40,472 nucleotides of DNA, taken from the IMG/VR virus record IMGVR_UViG_3300037467_002956, positions 1-40,472 of that record; one strand, 5' to 3'. Below are positions 18,744-27,782 of the stretch, in pieces (the stretch's first letter is position 1; the number at the start of each line of letters is the position of its first letter). The notes beneath the pieces are model-generated. The model saw only the letters and a program-made list of their open reading frames with translations, had not been told where the DNA came from and did not search any database. The DNA is from a virus. Taxonomy: Duplodnaviria > Caudoviricetes. A program made the translations under genes and the position numbers.

Positions 18744-19316
18744 ATGACAGTCCTATCAATTCTGGCGGCCCTGGCGCTGTTGGCTTTCAACATCGTCATC
18801 TCCTACCTCAACGCCCGCGCCGTCGGTCCGGTGTGGCGTCAGCGTCATACCGCCGACTGGCTCTCCTGGGGCCTCATCTGGTCGGCGGCCATCCAAGCCA
18901 CAATCGGCTTCTCCATGCCGATCCTCGTCGGCGAAGTCGCGATCCTGCACGTGCTCGGCCTCATCGGCCCGGCGGTGATCAAGGCGACGTTCTCGCTCTG
19001 GTACCTCGGGGTGATCGTCCCCGTCATCGGCACCGGCCTCATCATCACCGTGCACTCGATCGTCACGGCGTGGCGCGAGCGCAACTTCGTGAACATCGCG
19101 ACTGCGGGCTACAACACCGCGGCCACCGCCTCGAACCTCGCGCAGATGCCGTCCGGCATCGGCAGCGCTCTGTCGAACCTCTTCGATAGCGAGGATGTGG
19201 GCTCGGCCTTCTTCCTCGTCGCTCTGCTGCTCGCAGCCTTGGCGCTGCTCGGCGGCGGCTTCCTCACCTACGCGGTGATCGACCACTACGCTCAGCGCGA
19301 GCTGGCCTACGCCTGA
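18744..19316 (+). CDS. multi-pass membrane protein
   Basis: About five hydrophobic segments; TAAATA at 18668-18673 upstream; start 18744 or 18687. Confidence 0.75.
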   Translation: MTVLSILAALALLAFNIVISYLNARAVGPVWRQRHTADWLSWGLIWSAAIQATIGFSMPILVGEVAILHVLGLIGPAVIKATFSLWYLGVIVPVIGTGLIITVHSIVTAWRERNFVNIATAGYNTAATASNLAQMPSGIGSALSNLFDSEDVGSAFFLVALLLAALALLGGGFLTYAVIDHYAQRELAYA

Positions 19317-19414
19317 AGATGCTCTGCGGGCGGCAACATGGGCAGGAGGGACATCGTTGTTCCTCCTGCGAGGGCATCGACCCGGAAAGCTGCTTCTGGT
19401 ATCCGCAGACGACA

Positions 19415-20545
19415 ATGGCACAGATCAATCGTTTCTACACCGACGGCGCCTGGATTGAAGGCGCCTCGACCAAGCAGCTCGAAGACCTCGCGGCTTCGTC
19501 CGAGACAATCCGCACAATCGCGGCGATGCCGGATCTGCATCCCGGCAAATATGGCCCGGTCGGCATCAGCATGCTGGCCACCCACATCCATCCGGCGATC
19601 GTCGGCAGCGACATCGGCTGCGGGATGGGCCTGTACCGGCTCGGTCTCAAGCTGAGGAAGTTCAAGGCGGAGAAGACCGCCGAGAAGATGAAGGACCTCG
19701 ACGAAGCTTGGGACGGCGATTACGCCACTGAAGTCGAAGAGTACCAGATCCCAGCCTCGATCTATGACCTCGGACTCGGAAGCATTGGCGGAGGAAATCA
19801 CTTCTGCGAACTTCAAGCCGTCCATGAAGTTTTCAACGAGGAAATTTGTGCGGCCAAAGGGGTCGACAAAGACTTCGTTCACGTCCTCGTCCACTCTGGC
19901 TCCCGAGCCCTCGGCTACTCTGCCCTCGAAGGCATTCTCGGAGATGGGCTCCCTGTGCTCCCGGTCGACTCCGAGGAAGGCACCTCATACCTTGCGGCGC
20001 ACGATCATGCAGTGGAGTGGGCCCGTCTGAACCGGAAGATCATCGCCGAGCGCGCGGCCGAGGCCGCACGCACGGAGACCCGGGCCCTGGTCGCCGATAT
20101 CGCACACAACTTCCTTGAAGTGACCTCGGAGGGCGTCCTGCACCGGAAGGGCGCAGCACCCGCCGATCGCGGCCTCGTGCCGATCCCAGGCTCTCGCGAA
20201 AGCCTCTCGTACCTCGTGCGCCCGCTCGATGGCGCGCCTGCTGAGGCCCTGGCCACCCTCGCGCACGGCGCCGGGCGCAAGTATGAGCGGGGCAAGATGC
20301 ACGGCCGCATCGAGAAGACGAAGTCCGAGCGCGAGCGCATGCAGCGCAACCCGTTCGGGGGAATCATCGTCTGCGAGGACCGCAACCTGCTGATCGAGGA
20401 GGCTGGGGCCGCCTACAAGGATATCGACGGGGTCATCTCCGACCTCGTGTCCTTCGGCCTCGTCGAGGTCGTGGCGACCTTCCGCCCCCTGGTGACGTTC
20501 AAGACCGGGCAGGCCCACATCGGCGACAAGGGGCGCGAGCGATGA
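19415..20545 (+). CDS. rtcB: RtcB-family RNA ligase, PrfH-coupled (RtcB2) type
   Basis: WIEG, MPDLHPGK, GSDIGCGM, GGGNHFCE, VHSGSR, HN, HRKGA, HGAGR and EEA..AYK motifs; directly upstream of prfH; probable start ATG 19415. Confidence 0.93.
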   Translation: MAQINRFYTDGAWIEGASTKQLEDLAASSETIRTIAAMPDLHPGKYGPVGISMLATHIHPAIVGSDIGCGMGLYRLGLKLRKFKAEKTAEKMKDLDEAWDGDYATEVEEYQIPASIYDLGLGSIGGGNHFCELQAVHEVFNEEICAAKGVDKDFVHVLVHSGSRALGYSALEGILGDGLPVLPVDSEEGTSYLAAHDHAVEWARLNRKIIAERAAEAARTETRALVADIAHNFLEVTSEGVLHRKGAAPADRGLVPIPGSRESLSYLVRPLDGAPAEALATLAHGAGRKYERGKMHGRIEKTKSERERMQRNPFGGIIVCEDRNLLIEEAGAAYKDIDGVISDLVSFGLVEVVATFRPLVTFKTGQAHIGDKGRER

Positions 20546-21156
20546 TCACACAGCTTCTCGTCACCTCCGGCCGCGGCCCCGCCGAGTGTCGGCTGGCTGT
20601 CGACGTCGTCTGGAAGATGATCGTCGCCGAGACCCAAGCGGTCGGCGTCGACGCGGGCACCATCCTCGGCGACAACCATCCTCAGGGCCACGGGCCCGCT
20701 TCGGTGGTGGTCACACTCGACGGACCTGATGAGGCGGTGGCCGACATCCTCGCGCGATGGTCCGGTTCCGTCCAGTGGATCGCCCAGAGCCCGATCCGGC
20801 GGAACCACAAGCGCAAGAACTGGTTCGTGTCGGTCTCCGAGCTGCCGCTGACGCCCGAGGACATTGAACTCGACGAGAGCGAGGTGACCTTTGAGGCGTT
20901 CCGTGCCGGTGGCCCTGGCGGCCAGCATCAGAACACCACGGACAGCGCTGTCCGGGCGGCGCATGCGGGCACTGGCATCGCCGTCACCTGCCGGGACCAG
21001 CGCTCCCAACACCAGAACAAGAAGGTCGCGCTCCGCCGCCTCGCTGCGGCAGTGAAGTCCCGCAACGACCTCGACCGCGGTGCCATCCGGGACCTCGCCC
21101 AGGAGCGCCACAACAACCTTGAGCGCGGCAACCCCGTGCGCGTCATCCGCGCCTGA
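20542..21156 (+). CDS. prfH: peptide chain release factor H
   Basis: SGRGPAEC and W-x-G-S-V-Q-W...HKRKNWF PrfH signatures; GPGGQHQNTTDSAVRA GGQ loop; RSQHQNK; 204 aa; ATGA overlap with rtcB. Confidence 0.93.
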   Translation: MITQLLVTSGRGPAECRLAVDVVWKMIVAETQAVGVDAGTILGDNHPQGHGPASVVVTLDGPDEAVADILARWSGSVQWIAQSPIRRNHKRKNWFVSVSELPLTPEDIELDESEVTFEAFRAGGPGGQHQNTTDSAVRAAHAGTGIAVTCRDQRSQHQNKKVALRRLAAAVKSRNDLDRGAIRDLAQERHNNLERGNPVRVIRA

Positions 21157-21197
21157 GAGCAAGACTGCCCCTACCGGAATGAGTCTGCCACGACGTT

Positions 21198-21212
21198 GAC
21201 GAAATTTTCGTC
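21198..21212. promoter_or_regulatory. palindromic operator-like motif GACGAAATTTTCGTC
   Basis: Perfect consensus copy, intergenic. Confidence 0.65.
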
Positions 21213-21271
21213 GAAGGCTAATCCGTCCGCGCTCAAAGGCCGGACAGTAGTCAATCCGGTTAAAGCACGGA

Positions 21272-21793
21272 GTGGGGCGGTTGCGATCCATCCTAGCAGC
21301 GATGTGCCTGTTGTGCATCATCTCACCAGCCTCGGCGAGAGGCTATCGTCACCATCATCACCATAGGCATCATCTTCGCCATTACGGTGGCTTCCGCCAA
21401 GCTAGCGGCAGCATGACTTATCAGGCCAAAGTCCGCACCGGCTGCGTGCGTGGCGAGACCTGGGCGCTGATGCACCGGATCGTGCACGCGATCGGCCCGA
21501 TCGAAGTCACCTCGGTCTGCGATGGCCACCATGCCCGCCATAGCCTGCATTACGTCGGGCGCGCCGTCGATTTCCGCCCCAAGGCGGTCTCGCAGGGTAC
21601 AGCGGTCGCCGCTCTCAGGGGCATTCCCGGAGTTGGCGGCATCGGCGCTGAGGGGCGCGGCCTCATCCACGTCGACACCGGCGGCCCGATCGAGTGGCAT
21701 GATGTGCGCGTCCGGAGGTATGCCGGGCTCCGCCACTGGCACCACCATGGGCATCGCCGTCACTACGCCCACTTGCGGAATCCCTGGTCCTAA
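21272..21793 (+). CDS. secreted peptidase M15A-like (LAS Zn metallopeptidase)
   Basis: Signal peptide ending ASA; S-L-H-x-x-G-R-A-V-D and IHVD zinc ligands; His/Arg-rich flanks. Confidence 0.75.
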   Translation: MGRLRSILAAMCLLCIISPASARGYRHHHHHRHHLRHYGGFRQASGSMTYQAKVRTGCVRGETWALMHRIVHAIGPIEVTSVCDGHHARHSLHYVGRAVDFRPKAVSQGTAVAALRGIPGVGGIGAEGRGLIHVDTGGPIEWHDVRVRRYAGLRHWHHHGHRRHYAHLRNPWS

Positions 21794-21832
21794 CGATAAT
21801 TTCGTCCGCGACTTCATTGCGGAGCACGAATT

Positions 21833-22216
21833 ATGTTGGAGACGGCGGAAACGACCGCGCCCGTGCGGTCACTGGCGCTCGCAGGCAGCTTGGGTCACAT
21901 CGAGCTGATCTGGGACAAGGATGCCGACGAGAAAGTCAGACCCGTCATCGAGAAGTACATCGCCCAGGGCGTTCGCTTCTTTCGGGTCGATACGACCGGT
22001 TTTCTCAACCTCCCCCGCCGTCTCCGAAAGATCGAAGATCTGAAGCGCCAGCGGATCAACATCGCTGATGCTGACATCGAGACGCTGGCTCAGGACGGCC
22101 TGATCCAGTTGGAACGCCTGGAAGACGGTGAGTACCGGGTATTGCCGGGAACGCCCACGGTCGACGAGATCGTGCAGGGCAACACCATGGCCACCCGGCA
22201 ATTCCACGGGGGCTGA
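21833..22216 (+). CDS. hypothetical protein
   Basis: 127 aa, GGAG SD; motif copy at 21792-21806 upstream. Confidence 0.7.
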   Translation: MLETAETTAPVRSLALAGSLGHIELIWDKDADEKVRPVIEKYIAQGVRFFRVDTTGFLNLPRRLRKIEDLKRQRINIADADIETLAQDGLIQLERLEDGEYRVLPGTPTVDEIVQGNTMATRQFHGG

Positions 22217-22217
22217 C

Positions 22218-23483
22218 ATGCCGATCAGCCCCGAGACCCGTTACTGCCTCGACGGCTGGAACGAGGCAGGCACGATCGCGGCCGACGTGCATCGCTACTT
22301 CGTCGGCCACTGCCGGAACCCGGATGACATCGTCCTCCCTGCCCTCAACGGCGGGGCGGGCGTCTCCGTCCTTGAGAACATGTATCTCGACTGGCGGCAG
22401 GAGAATCCGGAGTTGAGCAGCGCGCTCAGCCTGTTCGTCGTCGACGATCTGCGCCGATCGATCCGGAAGGCGGTCGACGAGTTCGTCATCGGCGTCACCT
22501 CGTGCACGCCGGACATGGAGCCCCGCAGGCTCTCCCAGCTCCGAGGCCGAGACGGCTGCGGTATCCTCGGCTTCAGCCCCACCTTGACCCACCGGATCCG
22601 GATCCTGCGCCGGGCGCTCGGCCGGGCCGCCCACGACCTCGCCGGTCTCGATGAGCGGGCGATCGCCGACCTGCGGGACCGGGAGCGGGTCGCGCAGCAG
22701 GCCGTCTACCAACGGGAGATCGCGCCGCTCATGGCCATGCTCGACGACATGGCCAACGCGGTCGCCTGCATGCCGGTGTACACGGATGAGGATTTCCGCA
22801 AGCTCTCGAAGCCCATGAGCCCCCGAGAGCGCCGGGCCCGCGTCCGGAGGTCTCGGGCCATCTTCAAGCGCTCCCTGGCCTTCCTGGGTAAGCTCATCGC
22901 CCCCGAGGCCGTACGGCGCTTCATCAGCCACAGCGAGCCCCTGCGGATCCCCGGGCAGCACTGTAACTACGAGATCACGCGGCGCAAGCTTCAGATCGAC
23001 TACGGGGATGCGAACTTGGCGCTGCTCGACCGTGACGGTGGCCTGATCTGCAAGGTCTGCCTGCACACCCGAGACGTCCCCACGCTCGATCACGTCGCCG
23101 GGATCATCCTCTGCGTCCTCTCAGGGCGGGAGGAGGAAATCCTGAAGCCCGGCAATTTCTACGATATGCCCCAAGGCCGGGAGCTACCGGACTGGCTCGC
23201 GCCCTACCATCCCTCAGCGTCTGATCGCGGAGGACACATGGCCGCCATTCAGATGATGATCGACGATGCCCTTGGGGCTCCGATCGTTGACCCGTTCCTG
23301 TTCGAGCCGGTGACCTGGGAGCTGACGCAGAAGCTACGGAAGCGGACCTACGCCAAGATCTATGCCGAGATCGCGGATCTCGTCGCCGTACTCCCGATCC
23401 CGCCGGTGGTGCCAAGGGCTCGGATCGAGGCGGCGACAGGCATGGTGGTCGACAACCACACCATGCCTGCGCTGGCAGCCTAG
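22218..23483 (+). CDS. hypothetical protein
   Basis: Probable start ATG 22218 (MPISPET), 2 nt after the upstream stop; about 421 aa. Confidence 0.75.
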   Translation: MPISPETRYCLDGWNEAGTIAADVHRYFVGHCRNPDDIVLPALNGGAGVSVLENMYLDWRQENPELSSALSLFVVDDLRRSIRKAVDEFVIGVTSCTPDMEPRRLSQLRGRDGCGILGFSPTLTHRIRILRRALGRAAHDLAGLDERAIADLRDRERVAQQAVYQREIAPLMAMLDDMANAVACMPVYTDEDFRKLSKPMSPRERRARVRRSRAIFKRSLAFLGKLIAPEAVRRFISHSEPLRIPGQHCNYEITRRKLQIDYGDANLALLDRDGGLICKVCLHTRDVPTLDHVAGIILCVLSGREEEILKPGNFYDMPQGRELPDWLAPYHPSASDRGGHMAAIQMMIDDALGAPIVDPFLFEPVTWELTQKLRKRTYAKIYAEIADLVAVLPIPPVVPRARIEAATGMVVDNHTMPALAA

Positions 23484-23517
23484 AGAACGGGATCCCCGAG
23501 ACCAGGGGAGAGATCGC

Positions 23518-23823
23518 TTACATCAACTCGCCATTTCGGAACACGGCGACGCTCGTGCGACTCTCCGTTTTCGTCCGGTACTCACCATTCAGCACCGCGT
23601 GTTTCTTGTCGCCTTCACGGACGGCGTAGAACAGTCCGTTGGGCGCCTGCATGTATGTGGGTCCACCGATCTGCGCGTCGCCGAGCTGGATCTGGACACA
23701 GAGCGCATTTTGCCGCCACCCCTGTCGGCGCAACTGGCGCACGGTGGTCATTCGATCCTCCGGCGCCTCCACGCGGTGGAGAGGACCAGGGGGAGTGGTG
23801 CCGGTATCGAGCTGCATGTCCAT
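23518..23823 (-). CDS. hypothetical protein
   Basis: AGGAGG SD before ATG 23823. Confidence 0.6.
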   Translation of the reverse strand: MDMQLDTGTTPPGPLHRVEAPEDRMTTVRQLRRQGWRQNALCVQIQLGDAQIGGPTYMQAPNGLFYAVREGDKKHAVLNGEYRTKTESRTSVAVFRNGELM

Positions 23824-24062
23824 CGGGACCTCCTGCGTTGGCAACGAAAATATGCCATACTTTCGTTCGATGCCGAACGAAAATTTGGGACCGGCAAACG
23901 ATTTTTGTAGGCTTCCGTGGACTGCAATGCACTGCGACCGTCCTCAAGGCACTCGGCCTTGGATCCGGCCCCTCGATCCGCCGCTGCCCTCTGGTATTCA
24001 TATAAGTGAATAATTCGACCTGTGTTCATTGCGCCACCATCTGGTTCTGAGAAGATGGCGCC

Positions 24063-24272
24063 ATGAACAAGCTCTCCATCCTCGATATTGTCTGCATGGT
24101 GGTGTTGGGCTTCCTTGCCTACATCGTCGCGCTGATCCTCATCTTCTCTGGTTACGGCATTCCCCTGTCGATTGTCGTCGGTCTCGCTGCCACCGGCATC
24201 CTGCTGTGGCGCTGGCACCGGGTCATGCTCTCCAAGCTCGCGAACCTCGTGAAGCCCGTCGATCCGGCGTAA
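24063..24272 (+). CDS. small two-helix membrane protein
   Basis: 69 aa with two hydrophobic segments. Confidence 0.6.
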   Translation: MNKLSILDIVCMVVLGFLAYIVALILIFSGYGIPLSIVVGLAATGILLWRWHRVMLSKLANLVKPVDPA

Positions 24273-24281
24273 TCACCGTCC

Positions 24282-24287
24282 TAAATA
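24282..24287 (+). promoter_or_regulatory. late promoter TAAATA, 4 nt before ATG 24292
   Basis: ccTAAATAgaggATG. Confidence 0.7.
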
Positions 24288-24291
24288 GAGG

Positions 24292-25713
24292 ATGCCATAC
24301 GAATTCCTGGGCACCCTCTCAGAAAGCAAACTGATCCCGACCCCGCAGTCGTTGGAGAAATATCGGCCGCAAGACCTGCCGGATTTCCTCCTCCTCACTC
24401 TGTGCGCGCTGCGGGTTCTTCTTCTCTACAAGCGCAGCAACGACAACGCGCGCGATTACGTGCGTAAGACGCGCCAGTGGGGCAGCTTCGATGTTTGGCG
24501 CCAGACGGGCACCGACCTCTACCAGCTCCTGCACGCCCTCGAAGGGCGCATGTCGACCAAGGTGCATGGCGCCAACGCGCTGCATCTCGATTACGGGCTC
24601 GTGCGCAACTGGCTGCGCGACTCCCAAACGGGCGAGAGCCGCGAGACGACGACGCGCCGTCTGTTCCTGCACCTCGATCGCAACCTCAAGATCCGAGATG
24701 AGAGCCTGAAGGCGATTCGACGCCTCGTCATGAACTGGCGCCAGATCGACAACCACAAGCGCGCCCTGGCGATGACGCGCCTGCTTCAGATCCTGCGGGC
24801 GCGCATGCCGCGCTCGGAGCTTCTCCACCCGCTTTCCGAACTCGCCCGACACCTCCACCTCGAACTGCGCGGCGTCGACAACCCTGAGAGCCTGGACGGC
24901 CTCGCCGAGGGCACGAAGACACCAACCGGACACGATCTCGACGCCTATCACGGCACCCAGGCCGACTTCGACGCCTTCGACCCCGAGCGCACCGGCGATA
25001 TCGGCCTGCACTTTGGGACGCCCGAGCAGGCCAGCCGGGCCGCCGCATCGGCGTTCACCGGCAAGTACGAGACCGGCTCAGCGGTGATGCCGGTGAAGCT
25101 GCGGCTCACGAACCCGCTCCGGGTCAAGGATCAGTTCTCGGTTCTGGGCAAAACCTTCATCAACCGCGCGAAGACGTGGGTGCTCGCCACCCCTGGCTTC
25201 CGCGCCACAGACGCCGAGCGTGCGGAGATCTACGACGCGGCCAAAGCCGCCGATGCCGCGCGTAAGCGGGGTGGTGGCGACTACTCGATCAAGCTCGATC
25301 CGTCCAAGGCCAAGCACCTCGCCGCCTACGAGGCAGCGTCCAAGCGCTTCTGGAAGGCCATTGAGGCATCGTGCATCCGCCAGGGCTACGACGGCCTCGT
25401 CTACGACAACAAGGTCGAGGGCAAGGGCGACAGCTACGTCGTGTTCAAGCCCGAGCAGGTGCGCTCGCGCTTCGCCAAATTCGATCCGGAGAAGGCCGAC
25501 AGCCCCAACCTGATGGACAGCGCGGATGCGGAAGCGAAGCCGCCTGTGGCCGAGAACGCGAGCTGCGGAGCCACCTCGGCAGCCTCTGTCGCCACGGCGA
25601 CGTCAGCGATCGGCGGTCTCGGGGTCGGCTTCAACCCGAACGGCGACCACGGCATCTACGAGCCGTCACGCAAGAAGAAGAAAAAGAGCAAGGTGACGGT
25701 GATCAAAAGATGA
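24292..25713 (+). CDS. late head protein containing an ADP-ribosyltransferase-like (ART-PolyVal-like) domain
   Basis: YHGT..DFDAFD, GLHFG, VMPVKL...NP and GYDGLVY.N..EG..SYVVF.PEQVRS pattern; flanked by LAE and VAE sites. Confidence 0.65.
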   Translation: MPYEFLGTLSESKLIPTPQSLEKYRPQDLPDFLLLTLCALRVLLLYKRSNDNARDYVRKTRQWGSFDVWRQTGTDLYQLLHALEGRMSTKVHGANALHLDYGLVRNWLRDSQTGESRETTTRRLFLHLDRNLKIRDESLKAIRRLVMNWRQIDNHKRALAMTRLLQILRARMPRSELLHPLSELARHLHLELRGVDNPESLDGLAEGTKTPTGHDLDAYHGTQADFDAFDPERTGDIGLHFGTPEQASRAAASAFTGKYETGSAVMPVKLRLTNPLRVKDQFSVLGKTFINRAKTWVLATPGFRATDAERAEIYDAAKAADAARKRGGGDYSIKLDPSKAKHLAAYEAASKRFWKAIEASCIRQGYDGLVYDNKVEGKGDSYVVFKPEQVRSRFAKFDPEKADSPNLMDSADAEAKPPVAENASCGATSAASVATATSAIGGLGVGFNPNGDHGIYEPSRKKKKKSKVTVIKR

Positions 25714-26207
25714 GACAATTCATCAACGCGGTTGCGGGGCTGTTCGAGGCTATCAAACTCGGAAAGGATCCGCGTTTTCAGTTTCATCTCAGCGTGGAAC
25801 CCGACCTTGTGCCTGGGCGCTCCTTTGCCGAGCAAACGCGGACTGTCAGCTACGCGGGCGCCCGCGGCGACGCAGGTGAGGGCAATGGCGAGATCTACAC
25901 GACCTCGAACCTGCGCTACTGGATCACCCAGCTCTCGTACGAGGACACCGGAGACTTCCCCGAGAACGTCTACCTCGTCTACGTCCGAGACGGCAGCGAG
26001 GGGAGCATCTGGTCGCCGCATCAGGACATGAGCCCGCCCGAGGACGTCATCGTGCTCGCCAAGGTTGGGGTGATCGACGCCTCCTCCGACGACATGCCGG
26101 ATGTCGGAAAGATGGAATGGGTCGCCGAGAAATGGCTTGCGGAGCACGGAGATGCGTTCCTCGCTGACATCGGCGAACCGACCCCGAATGGCCAAGTTCT
26201 GAACTGA
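25710..26207 (+). CDS. late protein, putative head-packaged
   Basis: ATG 25710 overlaps the upstream TGA; N-terminus MRQFINAVAGLFEA; C-terminal part of ORF 25371..26207. Confidence 0.65.
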   Translation: MRQFINAVAGLFEAIKLGKDPRFQFHLSVEPDLVPGRSFAEQTRTVSYAGARGDAGEGNGEIYTTSNLRYWITQLSYEDTGDFPENVYLVYVRDGSEGSIWSPHQDMSPPEDVIVLAKVGVIDASSDDMPDVGKMEWVAEKWLAEHGDAFLADIGEPTPNGQVLN

Positions 26208-26235
26208 CGGCTGGTGCTGGAGATTTCCAGACAAC

Positions 26236-26273
26236 AAAAAGCCCCGATGCGGATGAGCGCACCGGGGCTTTTT
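26236..26273. terminator. bidirectional intrinsic terminator
   Basis: AAAAA-GCCCCG...CGGGGC-TTTTT between convergent genes. Confidence 0.85.
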
Positions 26274-26290
26274 CTAGGGCCTCATCGGCA

Positions 26291-27712
26291 TCACACGTTG
26301 TTCGTGGATGCCTCGTGGGCGGCGATGAAGCGGATCACATTCTCGGACCAGCCGTCGATGTGGACCCACTTGGGCTTGTAGGCGATGCCGTTCTTCTCGA
26401 CGGAGATGTTGATCAGATAGTTCCGCTTGCCGAACGCGTTGGCGTTGGCAGGCTTCTTGAGCGCATCGGTCTCGCAGTCCGCCTCGTCGGTGATGACGAT
26501 GACGCGGTCGGCGTCGGTCTCAGCCTTGGCGACGTAGTCCATGCACTGCGTCAGGAAGATCCCGCCGTAGCCCTGGTCCCGTAGCGCCTTGTGGATCGCG
26601 TCGACCATGGCCATGCCCTGGCGCGCCGGGATCAGACGGGTGTCGTGGACCCGGCGACCGTCAGAGCCAGCGGTCGCGTACACGACCGGGTTCTCGCAGA
26701 CGCCGGTGATCATCGCCGTAAGAGCCGCCGCGGTATCGAGGCGGGTGGTCTCTGAGCCCGATCGGCTCCAGCCCCCTCGCGAGGACAACGAAGCCTGCAT
26801 CGAGCCGGAGACGTCGACGATGAACACGGTCTTGCCGGGCAGCTTCTCCACGCCTTCGAGAGCGGCGATCATCGCCGCGTCAAGGTCGCGCTCGAAGCGC
26901 GGGGCATGGCGAGCGGCCGAGAGGAACCGGAACGGCAGGACCCGTCCAGCGCCCTTGCGGGCGCGGATGGCCTCCGAGATCAGCGTGTGGTCCACACCGG
27001 CCTCGGTCATACCGCGCAGGTTCTTCAGCAGGGCCATATAGCCGAGCTTCCCTTCGGACAGGAGGCGCGTGAACGTCGCCTTCTTGTCCTTTCCACGGGC
27101 AGCTTCGACCTCCCAGGTGTCCGGAGCCGCCAGCGTGTCCGAGGCGAGAGCGTCGTACAACGCCTTCCGCTCGGGGGTGGACGGCTTCGGGTGCACGAGA
27201 AACATCACGTCCCGGATGCGGATCTCGCGATCGCCCGCATACTTTGCGAGCTGATAGGCGTCGAACTTGTCGAACGTCCTGGCGAGACCGCGACGCATGG
27301 CGTGCGTCATGACCTTCTTGACCTGATCGGGGCCGACGCCGTTGAGCTTGGCGTGGACGGCCAGCAGCTCACCGAGTTCGTCAGCGCGCGAGACCACCGA
27401 GACGATGGTGTCGACGACGAGCTTCCCCTTGGCGCGCGACGCCAGGATGGAGGTCAGAAGGAGCGGAACGTGCCGCAGGTGCTGCTCGTGGCGGGCCTCG
27501 ATCGCGATCGCGGCCAGCTCTTCCGGCGTCACCAGACGGGCGAGTTCGACGATGCGGTCTGTGATGCTTTTGCCGTCCTCATAGGCGGAATTCTCCCACA
27601 GGAGGCAGGTCAGAACCGAACGGCGCAGGGCAGCGACGTTGTCGACCTTCACGGCAATGGCGCCCGGAGCCGTAAACACCGGCTGGGTCTTCTTCACAGT
27701 ATTCACACGCAT
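26291..27712 (-). CDS. Ro60/TROVE-domain RNA-binding protein (Rsr-like) with vWA domain
   Basis: Probable start ATG 27712; LRRSVLTCLLWE..YEDG, AR...LRHVP, RADE, FDAYQLAKY, PDTWE, LGYMALLKNLR, LPFRF and vWA MIDAS VDVSGSM, VITDE. Confidence 0.92.
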   Translation of the reverse strand: MRVNTVKKTQPVFTAPGAIAVKVDNVAALRRSVLTCLLWENSAYEDGKSITDRIVELARLVTPEELAAIAIEARHEQHLRHVPLLLTSILASRAKGKLVVDTIVSVVSRADELGELLAVHAKLNGVGPDQVKKVMTHAMRRGLARTFDKFDAYQLAKYAGDREIRIRDVMFLVHPKPSTPERKALYDALASDTLAAPDTWEVEAARGKDKKATFTRLLSEGKLGYMALLKNLRGMTEAGVDHTLISEAIRARKGAGRVLPFRFLSAARHAPRFERDLDAAMIAALEGVEKLPGKTVFIVDVSGSMQASLSSRGGWSRSGSETTRLDTAAALTAMITGVCENPVVYATAGSDGRRVHDTRLIPARQGMAMVDAIHKALRDQGYGGIFLTQCMDYVAKAETDADRVIVITDEADCETDALKKPANANAFGKRNYLINISVEKNGIAYKPKWVHIDGWSENVIRFIAAHEASTNNV

Positions 27713-27748
27713 AATCGATCTCACAATATAATAACAACAGAAACTGGC

Positions 27749-27778
27749 GGGGCGCCCTCCGATCAAAGAGGACGCCCC
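27749..27778 (-). terminator. GC-rich hairpin between the Y RNAs and the Ro gene (partial terminator or processing site)
   Basis: GGGGCGTCCTCT-TTGATC-GGAGGGCGCCCC followed by a broken U-rich tract. Confidence 0.5.
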
Positions 27779-27782
27779 ATAG

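Noticed and set aside
20542-21156. Release factor indicating stop-codon reassignment
   Set aside because: It has PrfH signatures and size rather than RF1/RF2; TAA, TAG and TGA all terminate intact genes in this window.
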